Origin: a virus
Lineage: Duplodnaviria > Caudoviricetes
DNA length: 64,000 nt
Reading direction: 5' to 3' (one strand)
Virus record (IMG/VR): IMGVR_UViG_3300013121_000044
Location: 1 to 64,000 of that record
The first letter of the stretch is position 1. Each line of letters opens with the position of its first letter. Below, in pieces: positions 55,527 to 64,000 of the stretch. The notes under the pieces were generated by a model. The model saw only the letters and a program-made list of their open reading frames with translations, had not been told where the DNA came from and did not search any database. The position numbers were made by a program, and so were the translations under genes.

Positions 55527-56542
55527 CAGACCGCCGCCCTTCGTACGCCTGCCGACCGGAGCGTCTCCCCGAGAACCCGCTTGAGCTCCATGGGGAGCGT
55601 CGGCAAGACCGCCGCCAGCTTCGCGGCGTCCATCTGACCTCCAGGCGCGATCTCGCGTACCACCTCCGGCCCGAGCGAGTCGGCGTAGAAGTCCGGCGGG
55701 AAGGCCACGAGGTCTTGCAGGTCGTAGGCCCCTCCCCCGATGTCGATCATCTGCGCGCTCACCTTCATGGGCGTGTTGAAGACCGTGTGGAGGGGGTCCG
55801 GAATCTTCCGCCCGTAGTGGGCGTCAACCCCTGCGGTCTTGTCGAGCTTGAGGAGGAGCGACGCGAGCTTCACCCTTGCGTCGAACGACCGGAGGGCGGT
55901 GGGTTCCTGGCGCAGCGCCGTCGCGGCGCGCTCGTAGGCGTCGCGGACTTCGGCGGTCTTGGCGAGGTGAGCCCTCGCCGCGAGCCCGTCGAGGACCACC
56001 CCCGGGTTGGCGAGGGCGGACATCCCCCACGCCTGGGCGGCGGGCTGGAGGGTGACCCCGTGGCGCTCGGCGGCTTGCGCCAGCTTGTGGAAGGCGGCGA
56101 CACGAGCCGGGAGAGCGAGACGATCCGCCTGTTCGAGGAGGCGGGCTTCGGCCATCTTGACTTCGCGGGGGCCACGAACGGGGTAGGTGTGATTCTCCGG
56201 GAAAATGAAGTCGTCGTCCGATTCTGCCACCTTCTCAGTGACGCGGACGAGGGCCTCCTGCGGTACGCCGTACGCCTCCAGGGCCTCGGCGATCTTCCCC
56301 CGGACGAAGGCAGGGGCCAGGGGGTTAGAGCCGACGTAGAGGTGGGACACGACCGCGTGCGCGGGGGTGTGGATGGGGTACCGCCGCTGCGTGGGCCACG
56401 CGAACGCGGTCGAGGGCAGATCCGAGGGGTCGTCCTCGAACTCCGCCGTCTTGAGGATCGGTTCGACGCCGGGGTGGCGGGCCACGAGGTGGCGGAGGTG
56501 GGCGTGGGCGGCGTCGTGGTAGATGTCGATGATCATCGTCAC
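55526..56542 (-). CDS. Probable head protein (KxA-rich)
   Basis: 9 of 13 Lys lie in KxA. Internal repeat AFAWP..RRYPI / DFIFP..HTYPV. Confidence 0.7.
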   Translation of the reverse strand: MTMIIDIYHDAAHAHLRHLVARHPGVEPILKTAEFEDDPSDLPSTAFAWPTQRRYPIHTPAHAVVSHLYVGSNPLAPAFVRGKIAEALEAYGVPQEALVRVTEKVAESDDDFIFPENHTYPVRGPREVKMAEARLLEQADRLALPARVAAFHKLAQAAERHGVTLQPAAQAWGMSALANPGVVLDGLAARAHLAKTAEVRDAYERAATALRQEPTALRSFDARVKLASLLLKLDKTAGVDAHYGRKIPDPLHTVFNTPMKVSAQMIDIGGGAYDLQDLVAFPPDFYADSLGPEVVREIAPGGQMDAAKLAAVLPTLPMELKRVLGETLRSAGVRRAAV

Positions 56543-57513
56543 TCCGAGGGTACGAAGGTGGGGCAGACCGCACGCACGTCGGCCAAGGCTTGTCGCTCCG
56601 CGTCGAGGGCCCGCGCCACGGCTGCCTGTGCTGCGTCGCGCTCGACCCGGAGCTGAGCGCACCGGTCCTGACAAGCCTGCACCCTCGCCGCGTAGGTGTC
56701 GAGAGCCGCCCGTTTCGACGCGAGGAGGGCCTCGTACGAGTCCACGTCGCCTACGAAGGACGCTTGTTGCAGGACGAAGTCTCGGGCGAACGTGGACCCC
56801 GTCTCCGTGAGCGCCGTAACCCGGGCGCGCGCTCTTTCGAGCGTCGCCACGTCTCGTACGAGAAAGGCGTGGATCGCGCGGTCGGTGCCGCAATCGGTCT
56901 GGCAGGCGTCGTACGCCCTCTGCGCTGCGGTGAGGGCGGACTCGGCGGCGTGTCGCGCGGCGTTCGCTTGGGTGTAAAGAAGGCGCCGCGCGTCCTCGAC
57001 GGACACATCGACCACCGGCAGGTCATACCCCTGGGCCGGAGTGGTCTCGAAGGATGCGAGAAACTCGCGCCACGCCACCGTCAGCGCGGAGAGCCGAGCC
57101 AGGATCTGCCGGAACCCGGCGTCGGCAGTCGCCCTGTCTGTGTATGTCACGGTCACGCTCGCGACGAGGTACTCCGAGCGCCCCGCGCGAACCGCCGCCG
57201 TGCGGTCCTGGTCGATCGTCGTGAGGTCGGACAAGCTCGCGATGCGCGCGAAGGGGTCGCCGCTGAGGTACACGAGGGAGGCGGCGTCGACGCGTACGTG
57301 AAGTCCGGGCGTGAGTCGCCGCACGTCGAGCGGGGTCGCGATCCGCGCGAGTACGTCGGCGCGGGGGTTTTCGGGGTCTCGGATCGTAAGAACGAACAGG
57401 TTCCGCGTGGGGAGGTCCCCCTTGTCGGTCACCGTGGTCGTCACCTCGTACACCGTCGCGCCCGAGACGAGCGTCGCCGCCCGGCGAATCTGGTCCACGT
57501 GAGGAGCCGTCAC
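56539..57513 (-). CDS. Hypothetical protein with C-terminal coiled coil
   Basis: GGAGG RBS; coupled overlaps. Confidence 0.65.
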   Translation of the reverse strand: MTAPHVDQIRRAATLVSGATVYEVTTTVTDKGDLPTRNLFVLTIRDPENPRADVLARIATPLDVRRLTPGLHVRVDAASLVYLSGDPFARIASLSDLTTIDQDRTAAVRAGRSEYLVASVTVTYTDRATADAGFRQILARLSALTVAWREFLASFETTPAQGYDLPVVDVSVEDARRLLYTQANAARHAAESALTAAQRAYDACQTDCGTDRAIHAFLVRDVATLERARARVTALTETGSTFARDFVLQQASFVGDVDSYEALLASKRAALDTYAARVQACQDRCAQLRVERDAAQAAVARALDAERQALADVRAVCPTFVPSE

Positions 57514-57905
57514 GACTCACCTCCGAGGACATAGGTTCGCTCCCCGGGCACGGTCAGCGAGGCAACCTCCGGGTCCCACGCGGCAGCCACTTCGGCGAGG
57601 CGCCGCTTCGTGTGCTCGATCAACGTCGCGAGTGCGGTTCTTGCGAGCGCGTGAGAAGTCGCGCCCATTGCGCGAAAGAAGGTGCGCCCGAGGTCCCGGG
57701 CTTCCTCGCGAGAGTTCGGCCACGCGGTGATGTCGTCCACCGTGGCGACGTGGCTATAGGAACCGTCGTCCGTGCGGTGAACGAAGAGCTCGCGCGGTAC
57801 GCCGTACGCCTGCGCGACGACGAAGCGGCACGTGTACGTCACGCCCCCTCGCCCATCGTCCTCGCGACCCACTGTCTCTTCGACGCGCACCCAGGCGGAG
57901 CTCAC
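57510..57905 (-). CDS. Hypothetical protein
   Basis: Coupled overlaps. ELFVHRTDDGSYSHVATVDDI resembles segments in both neighbours (LFVV...RRVATLRDF; LFVL...ARIATPLDV). Confidence 0.6.
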   Translation of the reverse strand: MSSAWVRVEETVGREDDGRGGVTYTCRFVVAQAYGVPRELFVHRTDDGSYSHVATVDDITAWPNSREEARDLGRTFFRAMGATSHALARTALATLIEHTKRRLAEVAAAWDPEVASLTVPGERTYVLGGES

Positions 57906-58822
57906 GGACCCTCCGTCCGGGTGAGGAGCGTAGTAAACGCAGTGTTATTGCGTGCGGCGCTCGCCTGCAAGCGGTCGAGCTCCGCCGCGACGTACTCGAA
58001 CAGCGCCGTGGCCTCGTCGAGCGTGGCGGCGAGGTGCGTGAAGCGCACGGATCTCACGAGAGGATCCTTCCTTTCGCGCATCGACGCGCCGCCCCCCGCC
58101 CCCGAGGCCAGGAGAGAAGCTCCGCGATAGAGGGACCAAGGCAGATTGGTCGCGCGTGTGGGGAAGTAGCGTGGCTCATAGCCGGGTCCCAGCGGGTTCG
58201 GTCGTACAGTGACGTACTCGAACTGCCACGTCCCGCCCACCTCCGGCGAGGCGAACGTTTTGGTGACGACCGCGACACTACCCAGGTAGCTGACGATCTG
58301 CGTGAGGCCGTTGTACCCTGAGGTCGTGAAGCCTGACAATCGCACCCAGCGGCCCACGTCGTCCGGCGTGAAGGCGTACCCCGGGAGGAGGAGCTGGCGC
58401 CCCGTGAGGGCTTGCGGCGCCGAGCCCGTCGCGCGGATGAAGATGCTCTGGACGGTGAAGTCGTGGTTCGTGTAGGGCGCTTGCGCCTGGATCCAATGCG
58501 CAGGGCCGTTCGTGATCCGGAGGGTGTCGCCTGCCTGCACGTTGTCGAACCACGCCTGAGCGTTCGGTGTGCGCACGTCGAAGTACGTCAGCTCCAACTG
58601 CGGAAGCTCGGCGAAGTCCCGGAGGGTGGCGACTCGGCGGAGAACTTCGGTCTCACCCGACGTGTCGACAACGAAGAGCGGGGCGTAGCTCAAGGGGTCC
58701 GTTGCGACGGCCGTAGATCCGGGAGGCACGGAGACGGGTACCGTCACGGCCCACTGCGTAGCTTGGTAGCCCGTGGATCGCACGTATCCTTGTTGCTGCA
58801 CGCGGAGAATGACTGCTGACAT
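57902..58822 (-). CDS. Hypothetical, probably structural protein
   Basis: Thr/Val/Gly-rich beta composition; first gene of the terminase operon. Confidence 0.6.
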   Translation of the reverse strand: MSAVILRVQQQGYVRSTGYQATQWAVTVPVSVPPGSTAVATDPLSYAPLFVVDTSGETEVLRRVATLRDFAELPQLELTYFDVRTPNAQAWFDNVQAGDTLRITNGPAHWIQAQAPYTNHDFTVQSIFIRATGSAPQALTGRQLLLPGYAFTPDDVGRWVRLSGFTTSGYNGLTQIVSYLGSVAVVTKTFASPEVGGTWQFEYVTVRPNPLGPGYEPRYFPTRATNLPWSLYRGASLLASGAGGGASMRERKDPLVRSVRFTHLAATLDEATALFEYVAAELDRLQASAARNNTAFTTLLTRTEGP

Positions 58823-59384
58823 GATTTACGGCGGTGTGGACCCGGGTCTGGTGTCGCCGGCAGCGGCGGTCGTTTCTTTGAGCGGGCAGCTCCTCGCGGC
58901 CTCGTCCTTTACGATAGGGCGTGACCTTCGCGGTGGGCGGCGCCTCGCCGAGATCCGGCGCCAAATCGCCCTCTTCTTCGCCCCCTGGGGCCCCCTGGCC
59001 GGGGCGGCGATCGAAGGCCCCAGTCTCAACTCCGAACACCGAGAGTACGACCTCGGGGAGATGTCCGGGGCCGTACGGAGCTGGTTCTACGAGAACGGAG
59101 AGGTCGAGGCCACGGTCGTCGAACCGGCGCGACTCAAGCTCTACGCCACGGGCAACGGGCAAGCGACCAAGGACCTCGTTCGGCAATACGTCGTACGGGA
59201 CCTCCGGTTCCCGGTTGAAAGTGAGGACGCCGCCGATGCGGCCGTTCTCGCGCACATCGCTTTCGCGTTGGCCTCGAAGGTGCGCCCGGCCACGCGTGAT
59301 CAGGCGGAGGTCTTGCGGGACCTCCGCGCGCCACGTCCGCAGGTGCGTCGGGCGAGGCGGCGCACGAAGACCCTCAACGTCTGA
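58821..59384 (+). CDS. ruvC: RuvC-like Holliday junction resolvase
   Basis: GVDPG, IEGP, LKLYATGNGQATK, DAADA. Confidence 0.82.
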   Translation: MIYGGVDPGLVSPAAAVVSLSGQLLAASSFTIGRDLRGGRRLAEIRRQIALFFAPWGPLAGAAIEGPSLNSEHREYDLGEMSGAVRSWFYENGEVEATVVEPARLKLYATGNGQATKDLVRQYVVRDLRFPVESEDAADAAVLAHIAFALASKVRPATRDQAEVLRDLRAPRPQVRRARRRTKTLNV

Positions 59385-59392
59385 GAGGAAAC

Positions 59393-62284
59393 ATGGGAGA
59401 AGGACTCAATCAAGGTACGGTTTCTTCGGTCAGCGGCGCTCCTGAGGCGCCGCGTGTCTTGAAGCAGGTCGCCCGGCCCCTCACCTGGGATCAGCGGTTC
59501 CCGCGTCACGCGTTCGACGTGCGCCGCTACGACGCGGTCATCCGTCGCGCGAACGGAGAGGAGGTGTTCCGGCTGGACGGCGTCGAGGCCCCCGCCCACT
59601 GGGGTGACACGGCGATCAACATCGCCGCGCAGAAGTACTTCATTCGGAAGGGCGCGAAGACGGACGACGCCCGCGAGCGATCCGTCTTTCGCATGCTCGC
59701 GGGCGTCGCCGATACGATCGCGGCCAGCGGCTACGAGCAGGGTGTCTTCGCGAGCGTCTCCGATTCGCAGTACTTCCAGTCGGACCTCTACCAGCTCCTC
59801 GTCGAGCAAATGGGCGCCTTCAACTCGCCGGTCTGGTTCAACGTGCGACACTGGTACGTCCACGGCATCGTCGGCAACGGTAACAACTGGGCGTGGGACC
59901 GGGAGACGAACGGTTACCGCGTGATCGCCAACAGCTACGAGCGCCCCCAGTGCTCGGCCTGCTTTATCCTGCCCGTCGAAGATACGCTCGACGGTGAGAA
60001 CGGCATCGCGGAGACTCTCATGGCGGAGACGCGCGTCTTCAAGAGGGGCTCCGGAGCGGGAGCGAACTTCTCGCGCGTCCGGGAGCGCGGGGCGCCCACG
60101 GCCAGCGGCCACGCGAGCTCCGGCGTGATGAGCTTTCTGGAGGTGCTCGACCGGAACGCTGGGTCCATCAAGTCCGGCTCCGTCGCGCGCCGCGCCGCGA
60201 AGATGGTGACTCTCGACGTGGATCACCCGGAGATCGAAGACTTCATCGGCTGGAAGGTTCGGGAGGAGAAGAAGGCGTACGACCTCATGGCGGCGGGTTG
60301 GTCGGGGGGCATGGAGGGCGCCGCCTATTCCACGGTCGGGGGCCAGAACGCGAACAACTCGGTGCGCGTGTCCGACGAATTCATGCAGGCAGTCGAGAGG
60401 GACGGTGACTGGGATCTCCTTTCGCGCGTCGGTGGGCATACTGCGCGAACAGTCAAGGCTCGCCACATCTGGCACCAGATCGCCAAGGCGGCCTGGACCG
60501 TGGCCGACCCTGGGCTTCAGTTCGACACGACCATCAACGACTGGCACACGACGCCCAACGCGGGCCGCATCGACGCGTCGAATCCGTGCAGTGAGTACAT
60601 GCACATCAACGATTCGGCGTGCAATTTGGCGTCGATTCGTCTCACGAAGTTCCTGCGACCGGAGGGCGCGTTCGACACGCAAGGTTTCCGCGACGCGTGC
60701 CGCACGTTCATCGTGGCTCAGGAGATCCTCGTGGACCTCTCGTCCTACCCCACGCGAGGCATCGCGGAGGGAGCGCATCGGTTCCGTCAGCTCGGCCTCG
60801 GCTACGCGGACTTGGGGGCGCTCCTCATGCTCCTCGGCTACCCCTACGACTCGGACGCGGGGCGGGCCGTCGCGGCGCAGATCACCTCCCTCATGACGGC
60901 GGAGGCGTACCGCACGAGCGCAGAGCTCGCGCGGCATCTCGGCCCCTTCGAGGGGTACGCGGCGGACCGTGAGAACGTCCTCCGCATCATCGCGAAGCAC
61001 CGCGAGGCCGCGCTGACGTTCCTCACCGTGGACACCCCCCTGGCCAAGAAGCTCCAGGAGGAGGCGTGCCGCGTCTGGGGCGACGCCCTGGGGCTCGCCA
61101 TGGAGTACGGCGTACGCCACGCCCAGGTGACCCTGCTCGCGCCCACCGGCACGATCGGCTTCCTCATGGGGTGCACCACGACGGGCGTCGAACCCCTCCT
61201 CGCGCACCGTCAGTACAAGACGCTCGCGGGCGGGGGGTCCCTCGTGATCCTCAACGACATCGTCGAGGCGTCTCTCAAGAACCTCGGCTACGGCGCTGAC
61301 GCCATCCAGCAGATCACGCGGTACGTTGAAACCCACGGCTACTTCACCGGTTCGCCGCTCCTGCCTCAACATCTCCCGATCTTCGACACCGCGTTTCCTG
61401 CGCACGGGGATCCGGAGAACCGGAGCCTCAGCCCCGAGGCCCACGTCCGGATGGTCGCCGCTGTCCAGCCGTTCCTGAGCGGCGCGGTGTCCAAAACCGT
61501 GAACCTCCCCGCCTCCGCGACGGTCGAAGACATCGAGGCCATCCACATGCTCGCGTGGAGGAGCAAGCTCAAGGCCGTGGCGGTCTATCGGGACGGGTCG
61601 AAGGGCGCTCAGCCCGTGAAGACCAAGGCCGAGGCGTCTCCGGTCGCGCGGGTCCAGCTCGACAAAAAGGGGTCCACGAATCCGGCCGAATACATGCCTC
61701 GCGAGGCCCTGACGCCGAACCCCGTCTTCAAGCGCTTCCAACGCAAGCTCCCCAAGGTGCGCAAGGGCGTCACCTGGGCGCTCAAGCTCGACGAGCACAA
61801 GATCTACATCCGCTCAGGGGAGTACGAGGACGGATCCCTCGGGGAGATCTTCGTCGACCTCGCCAAGGAGGGTTCCACCCTCGGGGGGTTGGTGGGCATG
61901 TGGTCGAAGGCCATCTCGCTCGCGATCCAGTACGGCACCCCCCTGGAGGAGCTCGTCGAGACGTTCACCTACACGCGCTTCGAGCCGTTCGGTCGGGTGC
62001 TCAACCACCCGACGATTCGTACGGCCACGTCGATCGTCGACCTCGTGATGCGCACCCTGGCGGTTCACTACCTGGGTCGCAAGGATCTCCAACACGTGCA
62101 GCCGGACGCCCTCATGGAAGGGCAGATCCCCCCTCCCACGCACCCGGCCACCCCGGACGAACCGCAGGGGTTGACGGCAGCTTCCGGGGACGGCCCGCCG
62201 TGCCCGGCGTGCGGTACGATCACGAAGCGGAACGGCGTGTGCCATCGCTGCCCCAACTGCGGCGAATCCCTCGGGTGTAGTTGA
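59393..62284 (+). CDS. nrdJ: Class II (adenosylcobalamin-dependent) ribonucleotide reductase with TSCPD and Zn-ribbon C-terminus
   Basis: FNSPVWFN, QCSACFI, SNPCSEY, ACNLAS, APTGTIG, GAVSKTVN, YRDGSK and C-terminal CPAC...CPNCG..GCS. Confidence 0.92.
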   Translation: MGEGLNQGTVSSVSGAPEAPRVLKQVARPLTWDQRFPRHAFDVRRYDAVIRRANGEEVFRLDGVEAPAHWGDTAINIAAQKYFIRKGAKTDDARERSVFRMLAGVADTIAASGYEQGVFASVSDSQYFQSDLYQLLVEQMGAFNSPVWFNVRHWYVHGIVGNGNNWAWDRETNGYRVIANSYERPQCSACFILPVEDTLDGENGIAETLMAETRVFKRGSGAGANFSRVRERGAPTASGHASSGVMSFLEVLDRNAGSIKSGSVARRAAKMVTLDVDHPEIEDFIGWKVREEKKAYDLMAAGWSGGMEGAAYSTVGGQNANNSVRVSDEFMQAVERDGDWDLLSRVGGHTARTVKARHIWHQIAKAAWTVADPGLQFDTTINDWHTTPNAGRIDASNPCSEYMHINDSACNLASIRLTKFLRPEGAFDTQGFRDACRTFIVAQEILVDLSSYPTRGIAEGAHRFRQLGLGYADLGALLMLLGYPYDSDAGRAVAAQITSLMTAEAYRTSAELARHLGPFEGYAADRENVLRIIAKHREAALTFLTVDTPLAKKLQEEACRVWGDALGLAMEYGVRHAQVTLLAPTGTIGFLMGCTTTGVEPLLAHRQYKTLAGGGSLVILNDIVEASLKNLGYGADAIQQITRYVETHGYFTGSPLLPQHLPIFDTAFPAHGDPENRSLSPEAHVRMVAAVQPFLSGAVSKTVNLPASATVEDIEAIHMLAWRSKLKAVAVYRDGSKGAQPVKTKAEASPVARVQLDKKGSTNPAEYMPREALTPNPVFKRFQRKLPKVRKGVTWALKLDEHKIYIRSGEYEDGSLGEIFVDLAKEGSTLGGLVGMWSKAISLAIQYGTPLEELVETFTYTRFEPFGRVLNHPTIRTATSIVDLVMRTLAVHYLGRKDLQHVQPDALMEGQIPPPTHPATPDEPQGLTAASGDGPPCPACGTITKRNGVCHRCPNCGESLGCS

Positions 62285-62498
62285 GGGCCAAAAAAGCGCG
62301 GCTTCGGAGGTAGAAGGATGTGTTCCGATCCATCTATCCCGGAGGTTCCCATGAGTCGAAGTTGATGTCCCGCTGAACACCGCACACAACCGCCGCTCGT
62401 TCGCCCGCCCGATCCTCCCGCCAACCGCCGTGCCGTTCCTCGCGGCACAACCTCCGCGCGCTCCGCGCGACACCCGACACCCAAGCGCCATACGGAGA

Positions 62499-62523
62499 CG
62501 GGGGCCCCAACGTGGGGCCCCCG
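62499..62523. terminator. Probable terminator hairpin between convergent genes
   Basis: CGGGGGCCCCA-acg-TGGGGCCCCCG is a perfect 11-bp stem, with a T-rich tract about 10 nt downstream on the plus strand. Confidence 0.6.
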
Positions 62524-62544
62524 ATCCCCCTACTTTTCTTTGGC

Positions 62545-64000
62545 TCAGACGACCGCGTCGGTCTGGATGAAGAGGCCGCCGACTTCGTTGATGCTGATCA
62601 CTTCTGCGTTCGCCCCGCCGTCGAGACCTGCGCGGTTCGTAACCGAGAAGTGGAAGCGGTCGATCCCCCCGGACAGTTCCGTAGGGACGAAGATCTGCTG
62701 ACGTGTAACCTGCGTCGTCGCCACGCCGGGCGCGGCGTGCATCTGCATGTTGACCTCCACGACGGCATGCGGTTGACCCGCGCCGGAGGCGAGGGCCCAA
62801 AACGCCACGCGAAGCGTCAACGCATCACCCGCCGCGATTGCAGCGGCGCTCCGGGCCTTCACCGATACGTCGAGAATCACGCCGATACGCGCCGTGTTGG
62901 CGGGGTTCGCGGTACAGGCGCGGCCCGCGAGAGCTCCGAGGGGGTACGTCCCGATGTCGGTGTTGTTATCGGTGGTAACGATCGACAGGGGAGCGTGCCA
63001 CACGAGGCGCGTGTAGTTCGCCCCGTGGTGGTGGTTCGGCGTGGCGTCGACGGTGAGGTGGTCCTCCTGCCCGTCGAGGTAGTTCTTGTCCGCGTCGAGG
63101 AGGAGGTTGGTCGTCTTCCGGCCCCCTGCCCATTCCATGCGGTTCGGCCAGATGACGGACTGGAGCACGCCCGTGCCCACCGAGTCCGGCGTGAAGACCT
63201 TGAAGAGGGGCGCGTCCACCGACGAGGACCCGAGGACCGCAGCGGGCGCCCCGGCGGCGGCGAACGTTGGAGCGTCGACCCCCACGTGAGCCCACCGGAG
63301 TCGCGAGGCTCGGTGATCTGCGCCTACCTCGAACGCGGCGTAGAAGCGAATCCCGATGGTACCTACGGCGCCCGTGAAATTGGGGGAAGTCCCGTCAATC
63401 TTTCGGAAGACGACGTTGCCCGTCGCCGTGTCGACGCCCTGCACCACGTAAAGGCCCTCGGGAGCGTCCGCTGCGCCGGAGGTGTTTGACAGTGCTGCGT
63501 AAACGAGGGGAACGGGGGCGCTGTTGGGCGTGTCGTACACGAGAGGGAGCTTCGCGCTCACGTTTCCGAACCGCGTCAGAGTCATCGACGTGACAGTGAT
63601 TGCGGTAGCACTTGCGACGACACCCGCCTCGGCGGCCACGAGGTTGTCGTTCGCGTTGACGTTGTAGACGAGAGGCTGGAGGACCATCAGCGCCTTCTCG
63701 CGTGGGGCGTCGGGCGCTGCGGCGAGGAGATTCGTGGGTGCGTGGAGTGTCGCGCGGAGGAACTCGGCCCCCGCAGCCGGCATGCCTGTCGCACCAAAGT
63801 CCTTGCGGAGGGGCCGCGCCCCTTGCATCTGGTGCCCCCACTCACTCACGCGCCCGTTGATGCCCACGAGCCGACTTCCTCCGTCGACACCCTGGAGGAG
63901 CTGCACGAGCTGCTCCCGGACCGAGCCCGCTGTCAGGGAGAGGAAGTAGTCGTTCCCGAGAGACGCTCCCCCGAGCTGGGCCTCCCCGCCGATCCTGCGC
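62545..64000 (-). CDS. Probable tail fibre/structural protein, C-terminal part (5' partial)
   Basis: The frame stays open past the track start (63906) to the window edge (...LSLTAGSVREQLVQLL...). Ala/Thr/Val-rich. Confidence 0.6.
   Translation of the reverse strand, partial: RRIGGEAQLGGASLGNDYFLSLTAGSVREQLVQLLQGVDGGSRLVGINGRVSEWGHQMQGARPLRKDFGATGMPAAGAEFLRATLHAPTNLLAAAPDAPREKALMVLQPLVYNVNANDNLVAAEAGVVASATAITVTSMTLTRFGNVSAKLPLVYDTPNSAPVPLVYAALSNTSGAADAPEGLYVVQGVDTATGNVVFRKIDGTSPNFTGAVGTIGIRFYAAFEVGADHRASRLRWAHVGVDAPTFAAAGAPAAVLGSSSVDAPLFKVFTPDSVGTGVLQSVIWPNRMEWAGGRKTTNLLLDADKNYLDGQEDHLTVDATPNHHHGANYTRLVWHAPLSIVTTDNNTDIGTYPLGALAGRACTANPANTARIGVILDVSVKARSAAAIAAGDALTLRVAFWALASGAGQPHAVVEVNMQMHAAPGVATTQVTRQQIFVPTELSGGIDRFHFSVTNRAGLDGGANAEVISINEVGGLFIQTDAVV

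Larger units (their letters stand above)
1203..61115. repeat. Dispersed palindromic repeat RTACGNCGTAY (at least 26 core copies)
   Basis: TACGNCGTA cores start at 1204, 4645, 6770, 9627, 11151, 14313, 15284, 17964, 21092, 23110, 26386, 28923, 31474, 33265, 35202, 38968, 39495, 43193, 46069, 48663, 51836, 52380, 56264, 57798, 59187 and 61106. 25 of 26 are flanked by R...Y. Confidence 0.9.

Noticed and set aside
1203-61115. Palindrome copies interpreted as a CRISPR array, REP elements or IS ends
   Set aside because: The copies are only 9-15 bp, kilobases apart and inside genes. There are no spacers, cas genes or transposase.
62285-62498. Small RNA or read-through ORF after nrdJ (GGAGG then MSRS-stop)
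   Set aside because: No recognisable RNA fold or protein motif, so it cannot be supported.

Overview
This 64 kb window is part of a large, high-GC (about 69% by eye) tailed dsDNA phage genome with a contractile tail. I found no tRNA, rRNA, CRISPR array, integrase or host-chromosome junction. Positions 1-36.9 kb are mostly minus strand and hold morphogenesis genes: spike, tube, sheath, neck, major capsid protein, prohead protease, many probable head-internal proteins and the portal. They also hold a phage multisubunit RNA polymerase, encoded as a beta/beta'-N fusion with a LAGLIDADG intein plus a separate beta'-C gene. Positions 36.9-52.8 kb are mostly plus strand: SNF2 helicase, ParB, a sigma70-like factor (minus strand), a PD-(D/E)XK nuclease, a primase-ATPase, a UDG-PolA fusion and a DEDDh exonuclease. 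Positions 52.8-64 kb hold the terminase, more probable structural genes, RuvC, a class II ribonucleotide reductase and a partial fibre-like gene. Two unexplained signals stand out. (1) The palindrome RTACGNCGTAY: its TACGNCGTA core occurs at least 26 times, mostly inside genes, at a quasi-regular spacing of about 2.4 kb, and may be a parS-like or DNA-organising site. (2) A K-x-A peptide motif saturates probable head proteins and also appears in the RNAP, and may be the maturation-protease or packaging signal. All calls rest on motif recognition and manual counting; no database searches were run.
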